Counted from the first letter of the stretch, positions 18,860 through 28,651 are shown. The stretch is DNA of 64,000 bases from Methanobacteriota archaeon (GCA_002712285.1 PATC01000016.1:17219-81218), one strand, 5' to 3'. Notes: generated from the sequence alone by a model not told the origin. Translations and numbers: made by a program.

Positions 18860-19458
18860 AAATTACGCTTTTCTTCGCAGATTCGGACAAAATTCTCAAA
18901 CATTTTCACACCATACTCTGAATGATCGACTTCAGGATGGAATTGTAAACCAAAACGATCCCCTGCTTCATTTTCCATTGCTTGAACTTCGCATGACTCA
19001 CTAGAAGCCGTAATCCAGAAATTAGGAGGAACTGATGTCACCTCATCATTGTGAGATTCCCACACCTGTTGTTCATCGGGAGTACCTTCGAAAATTTTGC
19101 CGCCACCATTTAGAAGTTTGATTTGAGCAGCACCAAATTCAGGTGCAGAAGCAGCATTAGCTTCACCACCATAGAACTGCGCCATGAATTGATGGCCTGC
19201 ACAAATTCCGAGAATGGGTACTTCAATCTCAAGATATTCTGCACAATTACCGAGTTTACCATCCAGTCCTACGCGTGTTGCACCGCCCGAAAGAATGAGT
19301 CCGTCGACTTCACGGAGACTGTCGAATGGTGTATCATTGGGAAGAATCTGAGTATCGATCCCCATGTATCGAAGCATTCTCCATTCCCGATGTGTCCATT
19401 GTCCACCGTTGTCGATGACATCAATGACCAATGGAGGCGCCCCATCACCCATGACCAC
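18856..19458 (-). CDS. guaA: GMP synthase, glutamine amidotransferase subunit A
   Basis: 200 aa. Class-I GATase triad context: LGICAGHQFM (Cys nucleophile) and LQFHPEVDHSEYG (His/Glu). This is the stand-alone subunit typical of archaea. Confidence 0.85.
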   Translation of the reverse strand: MVMGDGAPPLVIDVIDNGGQWTHREWRMLRYMGIDTQILPNDTPFDSLREVDGLILSGGATRVGLDGKLGNCAEYLEIEVPILGICAGHQFMAQFYGGEANAASAPEFGAAQIKLLNGGGKIFEGTPDEQQVWESHNDEVTSVPPNFWITASSESCEVQAMENEAGDRFGLQFHPEVDHSEYGVKMFENFVRICEEKRNL

Positions 19459-19499
19459 ATTCAGTAAGGTCGCTCCTTGAATCTGGCGTTCCCTATCAT

Positions 19500-20405
19500 T
19501 CAGTGGAGAACGTGTCGTTGCATGTTAGCTTCAAGTGTTGAAATTGCTCGCATTGCTGATTCTACATCTAAACCGAATCCCAAAACAAATCTGCCACGGA
19601 CAACCATTGCATTTCCACCAATATCACGAAAAGCCTCCCCAATCTCTTGAATCATTTGATTATCGGGCCCATCATCGATAATTGCAACACGGCCAATACC
19701 GGTTTTTTCAGCATCGAGGACGAAGGCATCGGGATTCTTAGAAGCTGCAACAGAAAATGGGCTATCACTCAAAATTGCTGCCGCGCGTCCAGGATTATTG
19801 AGGGATTGTTGAGCAAGAAGAACATACAGAAGGTTGTGAGTTAATGGTGCATCACTGGGTGCATCAACACCTAGAGGGGCAGAAAGGATTGCATGTTCAT
19901 TGAGTAAGGATAGGGTAGCTCCTTCTCTAGTCATATGAACAATCCCTGGCGATTCCGGGTTTAGCATCGTGATTGCGCCCGTGCCTGTACGAACAAGTCC
20001 ATCTAGGTGCATCAGACGACCAGTTCGAATAATCGATGAGAGAGCGTGTGCAGAAAGGACATACCCTTCACCAACAATAGGAGGCACTGGAGCATTGGTT
20101 GAAGCCAAAAGATCGGTTGTTGTAGCAGAAAGAGCAGAACGGAGTTCAGCATTTTGTTTTTCAAGATGGATAATGGCAGCGTCCATCTCATTACTTGGGG
20201 TAGGAAGAGGTGGTTCTGTAGCATCAGAAAGAGGAGATGTAGATGTTGAATCTTCTATGTTCGAGGGAATCGATGTTGGTTTTGGGGAAGTCGGGGTAGC
20301 ACCGAATAAGCCGGAACCCCCCATAGATGGGCGGGCTCTTCCTCTCGTTGTTCGAGAGGGTGGGCGGGGTGTGCCTTCTTCGTCGGACATCATCCTCCGA
20401 TGCAT
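19500..20405 (-). CDS. Hypothetical protein (disordered Pro/Ser/Thr-rich N-terminus, globular C-terminal domain)
   Basis: The track ORF extends to 20471, which would overlap tRNA-Asp, so I placed the start at ATG 20405 (MHRRMMSDEEG). The C-terminal NAMVVRGRFVLGFGLDVESAMRAISTLE faintly resembles the class II aldolase/adducin C-terminus. That resemblance is weak. Confidence 0.5.
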   Translation of the reverse strand: MHRRMMSDEEGTPRPPSRTTRGRARPSMGGSGLFGATPTSPKPTSIPSNIEDSTSTSPLSDATEPPLPTPSNEMDAAIIHLEKQNAELRSALSATTTDLLASTNAPVPPIVGEGYVLSAHALSSIIRTGRLMHLDGLVRTGTGAITMLNPESPGIVHMTREGATLSLLNEHAILSAPLGVDAPSDAPLTHNLLYVLLAQQSLNNPGRAAAILSDSPFSVAASKNPDAFVLDAEKTGIGRVAIIDDGPDNQMIQEIGEAFRDIGGNAMVVRGRFVLGFGLDVESAMRAISTLEANMQRHVLH

Positions 20406-20445
20406 CAAGCCGATTATATACAGGTTGGTGTTCGACGGATTGCCT

Positions 20446-20518
20446 GCCCCGATGGTGTAGTGGCCTATCATGCAGCCCTGTCGAGGCTGCGACCCGGGTT
20501 CAAATCCCGGTCGGGGCG
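20446..20518 (+). tRNA. tRNA-Asp (anticodon GTC)
   Basis: Hand-folded. Acceptor GCCCCGA/TCGGGGC. Anticodon stem CAGCC/GGCTG with loop CTGTCGA. T-arm CCGGG-TTCAAAT-CCCGG. Discriminator G. The D-arm GGTGTAGTGGCCTATCAT is typical of archaeal tRNA-Asp. Confidence 0.85.
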
Positions 20519-20519
20519 C

Positions 20520-21671
20520 CTAACGACGTATCACAAAAGCGGCTAGTATATCCGTTGCGTTGAACTGTTTTCGCACCCTAACTTCAATATCTTCAACGTT
20601 ACAATCAACAATTCTCGAGAGATTATTTGAGAGATTATTTACGTCGCTTTCGGGAATAATTGTCCAACCACATATTCTCATTGGGCCTTCGGGACGAAGA
20701 AGAGGGAGTAATGCAGGCAAGAGGTTGAGAGTTTGATGTGGAAGATTCACAAGAAGCGCGTCCCATCGCCCACATTGTTCTGTTCGATCTGGGATTTGTA
20801 ATGCATCCATACAACCAACAAAAACACCAGGTATTGGTTCTACCAAATCATTCTCAATGAAATTAGGATTCTGGTTACGCAAAATTTTGAGATTTTGAAA
20901 TAAAAACGGAATGCAATCAGGATTGAGATCATTAACCAAAAGTTCGCCAATCAAATCATTTTGTTGTAGTAAGTGAGCGATTGCAGGGCCAACTCCACAA
21001 AATGGGTCGCAAACATTGACTGGGCGGCCAATTTTGGCAGAAAATTTACTCAATTCTTTGACTGTGTTTTGACGTTCAAAATCTAGTTTGCTAGAAAAAT
21101 AAACACGAGAGGGGTCTAGGTGAAGGCGTAGACCATTCGTGGGTACATATGTTGTCAAATCAAGATGCGAGGGGTCAACTTCTTTCAAATCCTCACCCCA
21201 AAGTAAACGATCAGTTCGAACAGCAATAGGTTGTAGATCCCTTATCCTGAATTCACCCTTTACTCCATGATCTAGAAGCATGAGACGGATCCGTGGATGA
21301 GCTTCCATCTTCGATTGGATAAATGCGTCAAGGTACGGTTCATTCAATTCATCATAGCGTTGGATTAGAAGATCCCCCAAAATTTCGTGACTCTTCGTGG
21401 TAATGATTTCGTCTAACACACCATCTCCTACTAACTCAGTAAAGCGTGATTGCCATGATTCTCTATTCTTCCAAAATAATGGATCAATATCTATGATGAT
21501 GGCATCGTCAAAGGAAGAAGAGGGTATGGAGAAGGCTGTTTCATTCAATGGAATAAGGGTGCGTCCATCATCTGAAGGCTGAATACGGCACTCTACTGCA
21601 AGCCATTCTAATTCCCGTAGAATTTCGATTGTTTGCTGCGTCATGCTCGACGGCACGCTCAAATGACGCAT
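20520..21671 (-). CDS. tRNA methyltransferase of the Trm5/Tyw2 (Met-10+) family
   Basis: Class-I SAM-binding motif VCDPFCGVGPAIA, then LVNDLNPD and VNLPHQ in the C-terminal half. 383 aa with an N-terminal tRNA-binding-type extension. The pattern matches aTrm5/Taw2. Confidence 0.7.
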   Translation of the reverse strand: MRHLSVPSSMTQQTIEILRELEWLAVECRIQPSDDGRTLIPLNETAFSIPSSSFDDAIIIDIDPLFWKNRESWQSRFTELVGDGVLDEIITTKSHEILGDLLIQRYDELNEPYLDAFIQSKMEAHPRIRLMLLDHGVKGEFRIRDLQPIAVRTDRLLWGEDLKEVDPSHLDLTTYVPTNGLRLHLDPSRVYFSSKLDFERQNTVKELSKFSAKIGRPVNVCDPFCGVGPAIAHLLQQNDLIGELLVNDLNPDCIPFLFQNLKILRNQNPNFIENDLVEPIPGVFVGCMDALQIPDRTEQCGRWDALLVNLPHQTLNLLPALLPLLRPEGPMRICGWTIIPESDVNNLSNNLSRIVDCNVEDIEVRVRKQFNATDILAAFVIRR

Positions 21672-21725
21672 GGGACCCGCTCTAACCAGTGCTGACGGTA
21701 TCTTGACGCTGACGGAGGAAGAAGG

Positions 21726-22580
21726 GTGGATTCAAACGGATTATTTCTAATCGGTATGGGCCCGGGGGGAATTTCAAACATGACCGAGGGGGCGATAACT
21801 GTGGCAAAGGCTGCAGATCATCGCCGCTATGAAGCATATACTGCACTTTGGTCTGAAGAGGACCTTTCCCAACTGGAAGGAAAAATTGGACCTATTGAGA
21901 GAATTATGCGTCCTGAAGTGGAGAAACCTGTTGAACTCTTAGAATTAGCATCCTCTTCTTCAGTTGCATTATTGGTGGTTGGCGATCCTCTGCAAGCAAC
22001 TACTCATGTTGATTTGCAACTACAGGCTGCTGAGGCAGGTGTGCCTTGTTCAGTAATTCACGGAATCTCGATTACAGGTATAGTCACAGGAGCAATTGGA
22101 CTTTCAAATTACAAATTTGGAAGACAAACAACGCTGACTTATCCATACGATGGTGGTTGGATTGCCACTTCCCCACTAGAGGTAATTGGAATGAACCGTG
22201 CTCAAGGATTGCATACGCTTGCATTCCTCGACCTAGATCCAACAGGTGCTGGAGTTGGTGACCAGCGCCCGATGCAACCTAAAGACGCTGCCAGATCTTT
22301 GTTATCCATGGCGGAAAAGTTACGTGAGTATAGTGAAGAAATGCCTGCAGACACCATATTTAACCAGATGAAAATTGATTCAATCAAGAAGATTTGTCTT
22401 GAAATTTCTTCATTGATGGTTGTATTATGTAGCGACATGGGGACCCCAAATCAGGCTATTCGCTATCTTTCTGTTTCAGAATTGGATAATGCTGCAAAAG
22501 GTGGGTTACATTGTCTTGTAATTCCTGCAGAATTAGGCGAAGTAGAGAGCGAGGCACTACAGCGCTGGACGAAGGAGTGA
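21726..22580 (+). CDS. dph5: Diphthine synthase
   Basis: Tetrapyrrole-methylase fold motifs LFLIGMGPGG, YEAYTALW, VALLVVGDPLQATTHVDL, VIHGISI. GTG start. Confidence 0.88.
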   Translation: MDSNGLFLIGMGPGGISNMTEGAITVAKAADHRRYEAYTALWSEEDLSQLEGKIGPIERIMRPEVEKPVELLELASSSSVALLVVGDPLQATTHVDLQLQAAEAGVPCSVIHGISITGIVTGAIGLSNYKFGRQTTLTYPYDGGWIATSPLEVIGMNRAQGLHTLAFLDLDPTGAGVGDQRPMQPKDAARSLLSMAEKLREYSEEMPADTIFNQMKIDSIKKICLEISSLMVVLCSDMGTPNQAIRYLSVSELDNAAKGGLHCLVIPAELGEVESEALQRWTKE

Positions 22581-22606
22581 ACAAGGAATTCCATCTCGGG
22601 TGATAT

Positions 22607-24301
22607 ATGGCAGGGCCAGGACAAGTTCGATTTCCTGGCCAAGATAAGCGCCGTAAGCTCCGTATGAAGGGAATAAAGAAGGCTTCAGATGCTATCCAGA
22701 AACGATTGAGGAAAAACTTGGATGCTTTACTTGATGACCCCAGCTCTATTCTACCTACTCGTCATCCAAATAGTGTCTTTCCCCGACGAGATCCATTGAG
22801 GAAAACGCAGAAAGAAGTGCAACGTGTTACTGACAAACGAAACAATCTGAAATGGCTTCAACGGCGAATGCGGAAACGGCGTGGGGATGTTCCCGCTCGT
22901 GCTCTTGCTGGTACTCTTGCTGCGGCTCATGAGGACGTTTTTGATACCGTTTCAATCTTCAATAATCCTGTATATGGGCGACATAGTTTCGTTCGACGTG
23001 GGATGGCGGCACCTACTGATCTTGCCTCGATGCAGAACTTCCATGATGTCCCGTTGCGACTTTTACTTTGGCGAGACCATGCAAGAGCTGGAATTTGGTT
23101 CTTCGGGAATCGAGATGAAATTGTATGTACAGGTACTAAACCCCTAATTCCAGATGGTTGGATTGATGCAGGGCTAAAATTAGCACCAATCGACCTTGAA
23201 GAAAAAGATGGTGTTTGGTTCACTTCAGGTCTAACAGCAAAAGATGTAGAAGAACGAATACAAAACAAGGATGGATGGATTCGTTTTGAATTCAATGATG
23301 GGACAATACTAGGCATCTCTGCTGCCTCTTTGCAATCTATTGAAGAGAGCCTTATTGGGAAAATTTCTCTTCGTATGCTTCCTCCAAAAATTTCAGCGGT
23401 AGCAGAAATCGAATGGATTTGGTCTCCGGATGGGTGGCCAGATAATCGGGATGCTCCAGATGGAATGGATGAGGCAATACAAGAAATTCTCGCGGCTTGG
23501 ACGGAGCTTACTCTGAAGGACAAGGATGTTGTTGAACGATTGAAAGGAGCAGTTACCAATTCAATCAATGAAGGATTCATTCTTGGAACAATGTGGTTTG
23601 AAGAATTTGAAGATGGTATATCTGCTATTGAAGGTACAGATTTAGAGAAGGAGGCTATACAATGCGCTCTTTCAAACATTAAGGCTGGATTACATGTTCG
23701 CAGAGATGGAGTTGCTCTCGATTCACCTGACGATGTAATTCGACTTGAAATGAAAGCCGGGCATGATATTTTGATTGCTCTTTGGGAAGATTGGGGGCAT
23801 ACGATTCTTGAGGAAATGTTTGGAATTGTTGGTGAAAACGCCGATAATATCTATTCCAAACAAATGAAGCGTAAACAGGGTTTCAATGCCTTCCTTAAAG
23901 GGCTAAGCAAGGACAGGCAAGCCACTTCAAAATTAGAAGCATTGCCATGGAATGATGTGGTTCTACCTTCGCCCTTAGATTTGCTTCATGAGCTCGTTCG
24001 CAAAGGTCACACTGATGGTTTAGGGAGAACTGTCTCTATGGTCCGAAAGAGGAAGGTAATCGACGAGGCTGCAATGGGTTGGGCCTGGTTAGTTGCACAT
24101 GAACGAGATGGTTCTGAGGCTTGGCGGTTTGATCAGGTCGCTCGAGACAAGGGGGGCGACTGGGCAAGATCTGTGGCTGATTTATGGGAAGTTAGTATGA
24201 ATTTAATTTCAGGGGGCGGTAAAAAGAGTGATTATATTGAGGCCATGAAGAATGTTGCAAGTGCTGCAAGTATCCAATCCGGACTTCCTAATGAAGAGTA
24301 A
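22607..24301 (+). CDS. Large hypothetical protein with a strongly basic N-terminal ~100 aa
   Basis: 564-aa ORF starting 26 nt after dph5. The N-terminus is K/R-rich (KRRKLRMKGIKK..KRLRKN..LQRRMRKRRGD). The rest is acidic and Trp-rich with no motif I recognise. Confidence 0.6.
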   Translation: MAGPGQVRFPGQDKRRKLRMKGIKKASDAIQKRLRKNLDALLDDPSSILPTRHPNSVFPRRDPLRKTQKEVQRVTDKRNNLKWLQRRMRKRRGDVPARALAGTLAAAHEDVFDTVSIFNNPVYGRHSFVRRGMAAPTDLASMQNFHDVPLRLLLWRDHARAGIWFFGNRDEIVCTGTKPLIPDGWIDAGLKLAPIDLEEKDGVWFTSGLTAKDVEERIQNKDGWIRFEFNDGTILGISAASLQSIEESLIGKISLRMLPPKISAVAEIEWIWSPDGWPDNRDAPDGMDEAIQEILAAWTELTLKDKDVVERLKGAVTNSINEGFILGTMWFEEFEDGISAIEGTDLEKEAIQCALSNIKAGLHVRRDGVALDSPDDVIRLEMKAGHDILIALWEDWGHTILEEMFGIVGENADNIYSKQMKRKQGFNAFLKGLSKDRQATSKLEALPWNDVVLPSPLDLLHELVRKGHTDGLGRTVSMVRKRKVIDEAAMGWAWLVAHERDGSEAWRFDQVARDKGGDWARSVADLWEVSMNLISGGGKKSDYIEAMKNVASAASIQSGLPNEE

Positions 24302-25483
24302 TCAAGCACCCAATGCCTGTTGAATATCATTCCAAATATCCTCAACGTCTTCAATACCAACACTCATTCTAACGAAACCAGGAGATATTCCTGCAGCGAT
24401 TCGAACTTCTTCTGGGACGGCCATGTGGGATGAAGTGGCTGGAACTTCAATGAGAGATTCGACGCCCCCCAGGCTTGTTGCTTCAAATATAATCTTCAAT
24501 CGAGACATGAAAGTCATCGCTGCACTGTCACCACCTTTGACAACAAAACCAAGCATTCCAGTTCCATTAGGTAGGACTCGTTTAGCGATCTCATAATCTG
24601 GATGGGAGGGAAGTGATGGGTGAACAACCCGATCGATCGAGGGATGCGATTCCAATCTCTCCGCTAGTGTTGCTGCATTGGATGCATGGAGTGGCATTCG
24701 GGTATGGAGGGTTCGAATTCCTCTCTCAAGGAGAAAGCAAGCATGAGGATCTGGAGATGTTCCAAAATGGATTTTCTTCGCAAATACTTGGGCAATCAAA
24801 TCTTTGGAGCCAACAACGGCTCCACCAATGTGGTCTGAATGACCATTCAGATATTTTGTGGTACTATGGATTACTAGATCGTGGCCCATCTCAATGGGAC
24901 GGGTAGCCCAAGGTGAGACGAAGGTATTGTCAACAACAGAGATTAGATTGTGGGCCTTAGCAATCCGCGCGATTTCGGGAAGGTCACAAACCTTGAGATT
25001 AGGATTAGTGAGAGTTTCGGAATAGAGCATTTTCGTATTCTCTTTAATCGCTGCTTCAAAGGAAGAAGGATCTCTGATATCAGCTAAAGTGACTTCAATC
25101 CCAAATCTTGGTAGATCTTCAGTCATTAGACCATATGTTCCACCATAGACATCTGGTGATGCAATTACATGATCTCCTCGCGATAAAAGACCGAGGAGAA
25201 CTGTAGTAATCGCACCCATTCCGCTTGAGAACATCTCTCCATCTTCTGCACCCTCTAATGAGGCAATCTTCTTCGAGACAACTTCGGAATTGACTGAGGA
25301 TAAACGACTGTAAAGAAGAGTGTGTTGAGCTCCTGCTGCCCAACCAGCGTATCGCTCCTCATCGAGTTTGTAAGTTGAAGATAGGTAAACAGGGGTATTG
25401 ACTGCTCCATCTGCATGATGGGTGCCCTCATGCACCGCACGTGTTGGAAATCTCATTTCGTCACTCACTACCTCACCTAGCAA
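24302..25483 (-). CDS. PLP-dependent Cys/Met-metabolism enzyme (cystathionine gamma-synthase/lyase or O-acylhomoserine sulfhydrylase family)
   Basis: PLP-lysine motif HSTTKYLNGHSD plus the family-typical N-terminal region TPVYLSSTY. 393 aa. Confidence 0.85.
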   Translation of the reverse strand: MLGEVVSDEMRFPTRAVHEGTHHADGAVNTPVYLSSTYKLDEERYAGWAAGAQHTLLYSRLSSVNSEVVSKKIASLEGAEDGEMFSSGMGAITTVLLGLLSRGDHVIASPDVYGGTYGLMTEDLPRFGIEVTLADIRDPSSFEAAIKENTKMLYSETLTNPNLKVCDLPEIARIAKAHNLISVVDNTFVSPWATRPIEMGHDLVIHSTTKYLNGHSDHIGGAVVGSKDLIAQVFAKKIHFGTSPDPHACFLLERGIRTLHTRMPLHASNAATLAERLESHPSIDRVVHPSLPSHPDYEIAKRVLPNGTGMLGFVVKGGDSAAMTFMSRLKIIFEATSLGGVESLIEVPATSSHMAVPEEVRIAAGISPGFVRMSVGIEDVEDIWNDIQQALGA

Positions 25484-25536
25484 TCGGTAAGGGGTGGAGG
25501 CCTTGAACGAATCGTGTCCGTGAGATTAGTATAATC

Positions 25537-25549
25537 TTAGAAATTCTAA
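25537..25549. promoter_or_regulatory. Palindrome TTAGAA-A-TTCTAA upstream of the Cys/Met PLP-enzyme gene
   Basis: Perfect 6-1-6 palindrome read from the sequence. It is 54-66 nt upstream of the minus-strand ATG at 25483, next to an AT-rich TATA-like stretch (ATTATAC on the minus strand). Confidence 0.25.
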
Positions 25550-25558
25550 ATCTAGGAT

Positions 25559-26308
25559 TCAATTTACAATTACATCAGAAGGCTCGACTAATGAGGCATT
25601 AATCCACCAACTTGTATCATTGAATCTAAGGAGAAGGGTTGAGTCAGATGTGTCAATTCGTTCGATAACTGGGGATTCGTCTTTATCTGCGAAGGGAGGC
25701 CAGCCTGTGAAACCAGTCTCTGTTCCAGGTTTTCTCATAACAGTCATTCCGACTTCAAAGCCATCAAGTGATTCTGTTTCATCATCTCCTGAATCAATAG
25801 AGTCGAGTAATTGCTCCATGACTTCTTTAGATAGGCGATCTGAACTGAAAAGGGCCTTGATAACCTCACGTCTACTCAAGTCTTCTTCTTTATTCTGAAG
25901 TTTGTAGCCCATGAAATGGATGGTGGATTCTTTCTTCTCAAATCTCATTTTCAAGGCATGGAAGCACTTTGATTCGGTTCTTGGGTTGCCTTCCTTAGAA
26001 AGTAGATGAGAAAGGCCCTCATAGACAATATTCCACATTACATTGGATTGAAGATGTTGGATTGTTTCAATTGGAATGCTTCGCTCTTCAAACATTGTAC
26101 GAATTTTTTGGCCCTCCGGACTGGAGTTTAGACCTGCTTCAATAATTGGTTCAATCGCCCAAGGAGATTCACCAAGAACTGATTCAATCTCATGTGCCAA
26201 TTCAATTAGGCTCGCTACCAATTCATCGGAGGCGATTCTTTTCTCAATTCGGTTTGCCCATTCCCAATCCCATGACATGCCGAACATGTAGTATTCAGGG
26301 TATTTCAA
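25559..26308 (-). CDS. Hypothetical cytosolic protein
   Basis: 249-aa ORF whose start overlaps the end of the DUF4126-like gene by 14 nt. No recognisable motif. Confidence 0.55.
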   Translation of the reverse strand: MKYPEYYMFGMSWDWEWANRIEKRIASDELVASLIELAHEIESVLGESPWAIEPIIEAGLNSSPEGQKIRTMFEERSIPIETIQHLQSNVMWNIVYEGLSHLLSKEGNPRTESKCFHALKMRFEKKESTIHFMGYKLQNKEEDLSRREVIKALFSSDRLSKEVMEQLLDSIDSGDDETESLDGFEVGMTVMRKPGTETGFTGWPPFADKDESPVIERIDTSDSTLLLRFNDTSWWINASLVEPSDVIVN

Positions 26309-26903
26309 CCTGTGAAGGATGATTTTTCTTTACTTGTCTACGTTTCAGAAGCCATCGTCCAGTATATCCTATGCCAAGAATTACCAGAATCAATGCAATG
26401 ATTGGTAATAAAACTGCTAATATTGTACAAATAATACACGCGCCGGCTTCGGCTGTTGATACGACTGGATTGCCTAGCCCCCCAGTTGTTGCGGTTGATA
26501 CTGCTCGTAATGCTACTGTACTTCCTTGCACCACCCCACTTACACTTCCTCCTGCAATTATACTCAATCCCCACCTAAGAAGGGGATCAGAATCCCCAAG
26601 AGATGAGCTCATCAATAAAACGCCTGATAACATGGCTGCAGGAGAAGCAATTGTATCGAGTAAATTGTCCATCCATGGCACATAATAAGCAATTATTTCG
26701 ATTATAGTAGCTAATCCAAGTACCACTAGTCCAATATCGGATGCCATCCAATCTTGTAAGCCAGATGTTGGGATTGCTGAAGGTAAGTAATCCAAACGAG
26801 CAGCTGCCCCATAGACAAAAGGTGGAATAAAGATGCGGAAGCCGCTTGCTGCTGCAAGGCCAACTCCTAAAGAAATAGCAATTAAAAGTTCAACACCATT
26901 CAT
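26295..26903 (-). CDS. DUF4126-like integral membrane protein
   Basis: 202 aa, Gly/Ala-rich TM helices (LGVGLAAASGFRIFIPPFVYGAA). The pattern resembles DUF4126. The start overlaps the cutA stop by 4 nt. Confidence 0.55.
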   Translation of the reverse strand: MNGVELLIAISLGVGLAAASGFRIFIPPFVYGAAARLDYLPSAIPTSGLQDWMASDIGLVVLGLATIIEIIAYYVPWMDNLLDTIASPAAMLSGVLLMSSSLGDSDPLLRWGLSIIAGGSVSGVVQGSTVALRAVSTATTGGLGNPVVSTAEAGACIICTILAVLLPIIALILVILGIGYTGRWLLKRRQVKKNHPSQVEIP

Positions 26904-27220
26904 TCAGTCACCTCTTCTATCCAAGAAGAATATCCTTCAGACGCATTTACAACATTCCATATCACTTGGGGCACATCATACGGACTAGTCTTCTCTATAG
27001 ATCTAGCAAGATTGGGGGCTTTTTCGGAAGTTGTTGTGAAAGTTAGGCGCCATTCTTCATCAGAGGTTACTTCTCCATCCCATCTATACATTGAACGTAT
27101 ACGTTCAATCTGTATACATGCTGTAAGTAAATTTTCGATGTGGGTGTGAGCCCATTCCCCTACTTCAAATTCTTTCCAAGCACCGGGAAGGGTCGTTACC
27201 ATCTTCACAACAGTCATCAA
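26900..27220 (-). CDS. cutA: Divalent-cation tolerance protein CutA
   Basis: 106 aa. CutA1-type motifs ACIQIE..IRSMYRWDGEV..DEEWRL.FTT and PYDVPQVI. Confidence 0.8.
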   Translation of the reverse strand: MMTVVKMVTTLPGAWKEFEVGEWAHTHIENLLTACIQIERIRSMYRWDGEVTSDEEWRLTFTTTSEKAPNLARSIEKTSPYDVPQVIWNVVNASEGYSSWIEEVTE

Positions 27221-27297
27221 TACATACCAATCGTTTCGCAGATTGAATCTATCGGACTAGTGGGATTATTCAAGTCCCATCACTCTGAGAGTACTGT

Positions 27298-28641
27298 ATG
27301 GGTGTCGATTGGAGTGTCCCTATTGAAACCGGGCCGGCGCCAGAAGATGGAGAAAGCTTCGATATCATTGTAGTTGGGGGCGGCCCTGGTGGATCTGCTG
27401 CTGCAAGTTATGCAGCACTTGATGGTAACAAGGTACTCCTCATTGAGAAGGCGGTTTGGCCCCGTGACAAAATTTGTGGAGATGCTGTTGGCGGGAAATC
27501 TCTTCGCCATGTCAAGGAACTTGGAGTAAAAGAAATGATTGAGGCAACACCTCATTTTCGCGTTACTGGGATGATGTTTAGTAGCCCCAATGGTAACCAA
27601 GTAACTATCTCCTTACCAAAGGAAGAAGTTGAAAAAAGAGAAGCTGGATATGCTCTACCTAGATTACAATTTGACTACATGATGTTTCAACGTGCTACAG
27701 AATTAGTAATGCAGGCTGGTGGAAAGGTTGTCCAAGGAACTGCTGTCTCAAATGTACATCATGATGCTTCAACTAAACAAATTACAGGAGTGACGCTCTC
27801 TGGTGATTGTAATTCTACGCATATGGCTCCACTAATTATCGGCGCAGGGGGGTATCTTTGTCCTGTAGCCAAGAAAGTCGTTGAAGAAATGAATGAAGAG
27901 AAATTGCGTGATGAGGCACACTATTGTGGAGCATATCGAGAATATTGGAAGGGTGTGAAAGATGTGGGTGCAGAAGAAGGTTCCATTGAGCTGCATTTTG
28001 TAGATGATGTCGTGCCTGGATATTGGTGGATTTTTCCAGTGAATGAAGAGGTTGTAAATGTTGGAATAGGGATGGTGAATGCTGAAAGGAAAAAACAATC
28101 GGGAATTAAGAAATCACTAAAAAAATTGCAACATTATCTCATTCACGAGCATCCTAGATTCAAAGAACGATTTGCAGATGCAACAGTTGTTGAAGGTAGT
28201 GGGAAGGGGTGGGAACTCCCCTTCGGTAGCCCAAGGAAAGGAGCTTCGATACAACCACGACGTACTGCAATGGCGGGGGCAATGTGTATAGGAGATGCTG
28301 CTAGTTTAGTAGATCCATTTAGTGGAGAAGGGGTTGGGAATGCTTTACTTTCCGCAAAGTTAGCAATTTCACTTTTCGATCGAGAAAAACACTCTGATGG
28401 ATTCCCTTCTAATCTCGCAGAGGAATATATGACCAAACTCTGGGAAGAGTTGGGGCCTGAGCTCTCTAATTCATTCAAGATTCAGAAAATTGTAAGGATG
28501 AAACGTCTCATGAATCTCTTTGTAAAAAAGGCAGCAAAGCGCCCTGCTTTACAGGATGCTTTGACCGATGCGTTAGCATCGAAAGAAGCTCAGAAAAAAC
28601 TGCATAATCCTCTTTGGCTCGCTCGGAACATTTTGTTGTAG
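27298..28641 (+). CDS. Geranylgeranyl reductase family flavoprotein (digeranylgeranylglycerophospholipid reductase-like)
   Basis: FDIIVVGGGPGGSAAA (GxGxxG), RDKICGDAVG and GDAASLVDPFSGEGVGNAL are the GGR family signatures. 447 aa. Confidence 0.85.
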   Translation: MGVDWSVPIETGPAPEDGESFDIIVVGGGPGGSAAASYAALDGNKVLLIEKAVWPRDKICGDAVGGKSLRHVKELGVKEMIEATPHFRVTGMMFSSPNGNQVTISLPKEEVEKREAGYALPRLQFDYMMFQRATELVMQAGGKVVQGTAVSNVHHDASTKQITGVTLSGDCNSTHMAPLIIGAGGYLCPVAKKVVEEMNEEKLRDEAHYCGAYREYWKGVKDVGAEEGSIELHFVDDVVPGYWWIFPVNEEVVNVGIGMVNAERKKQSGIKKSLKKLQHYLIHEHPRFKERFADATVVEGSGKGWELPFGSPRKGASIQPRRTAMAGAMCIGDAASLVDPFSGEGVGNALLSAKLAISLFDREKHSDGFPSNLAEEYMTKLWEELGPELSNSFKIQKIVRMKRLMNLFVKKAAKRPALQDALTDALASKEAQKKLHNPLWLARNILL

Positions 28642-28651
28642 AGGTGCACCA

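Noticed and set aside
19969-20460. 163-aa plus-strand ORF antisense to the 19500-20405 hypothetical gene, running into tRNA-Asp
   Set aside because: It is Arg/Gly/Val-rich shadow-frame composition and its 3-prime end overlaps the tRNA-Asp gene. The minus-strand ORF was kept, but with only moderate confidence.
20446-21671. Functional link between the Trm5-like m1G37 methyltransferase and the abutting tRNA-Asp (which has G37)
   Set aside because: Adjacency on opposite strands in a very compact genome is not evidence of a functional relationship. The idea is speculative.
22927-23679. 250-aa ORF antisense to the 564-aa hypothetical gene
   Set aside because: It is Ser/Arg/Ile-rich, low-complexity-looking and shorter than the sense ORF. 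The sense ORF follows dph5 by 26 nt in the same orientation. Neither frame has a known motif, so this choice is not certain.
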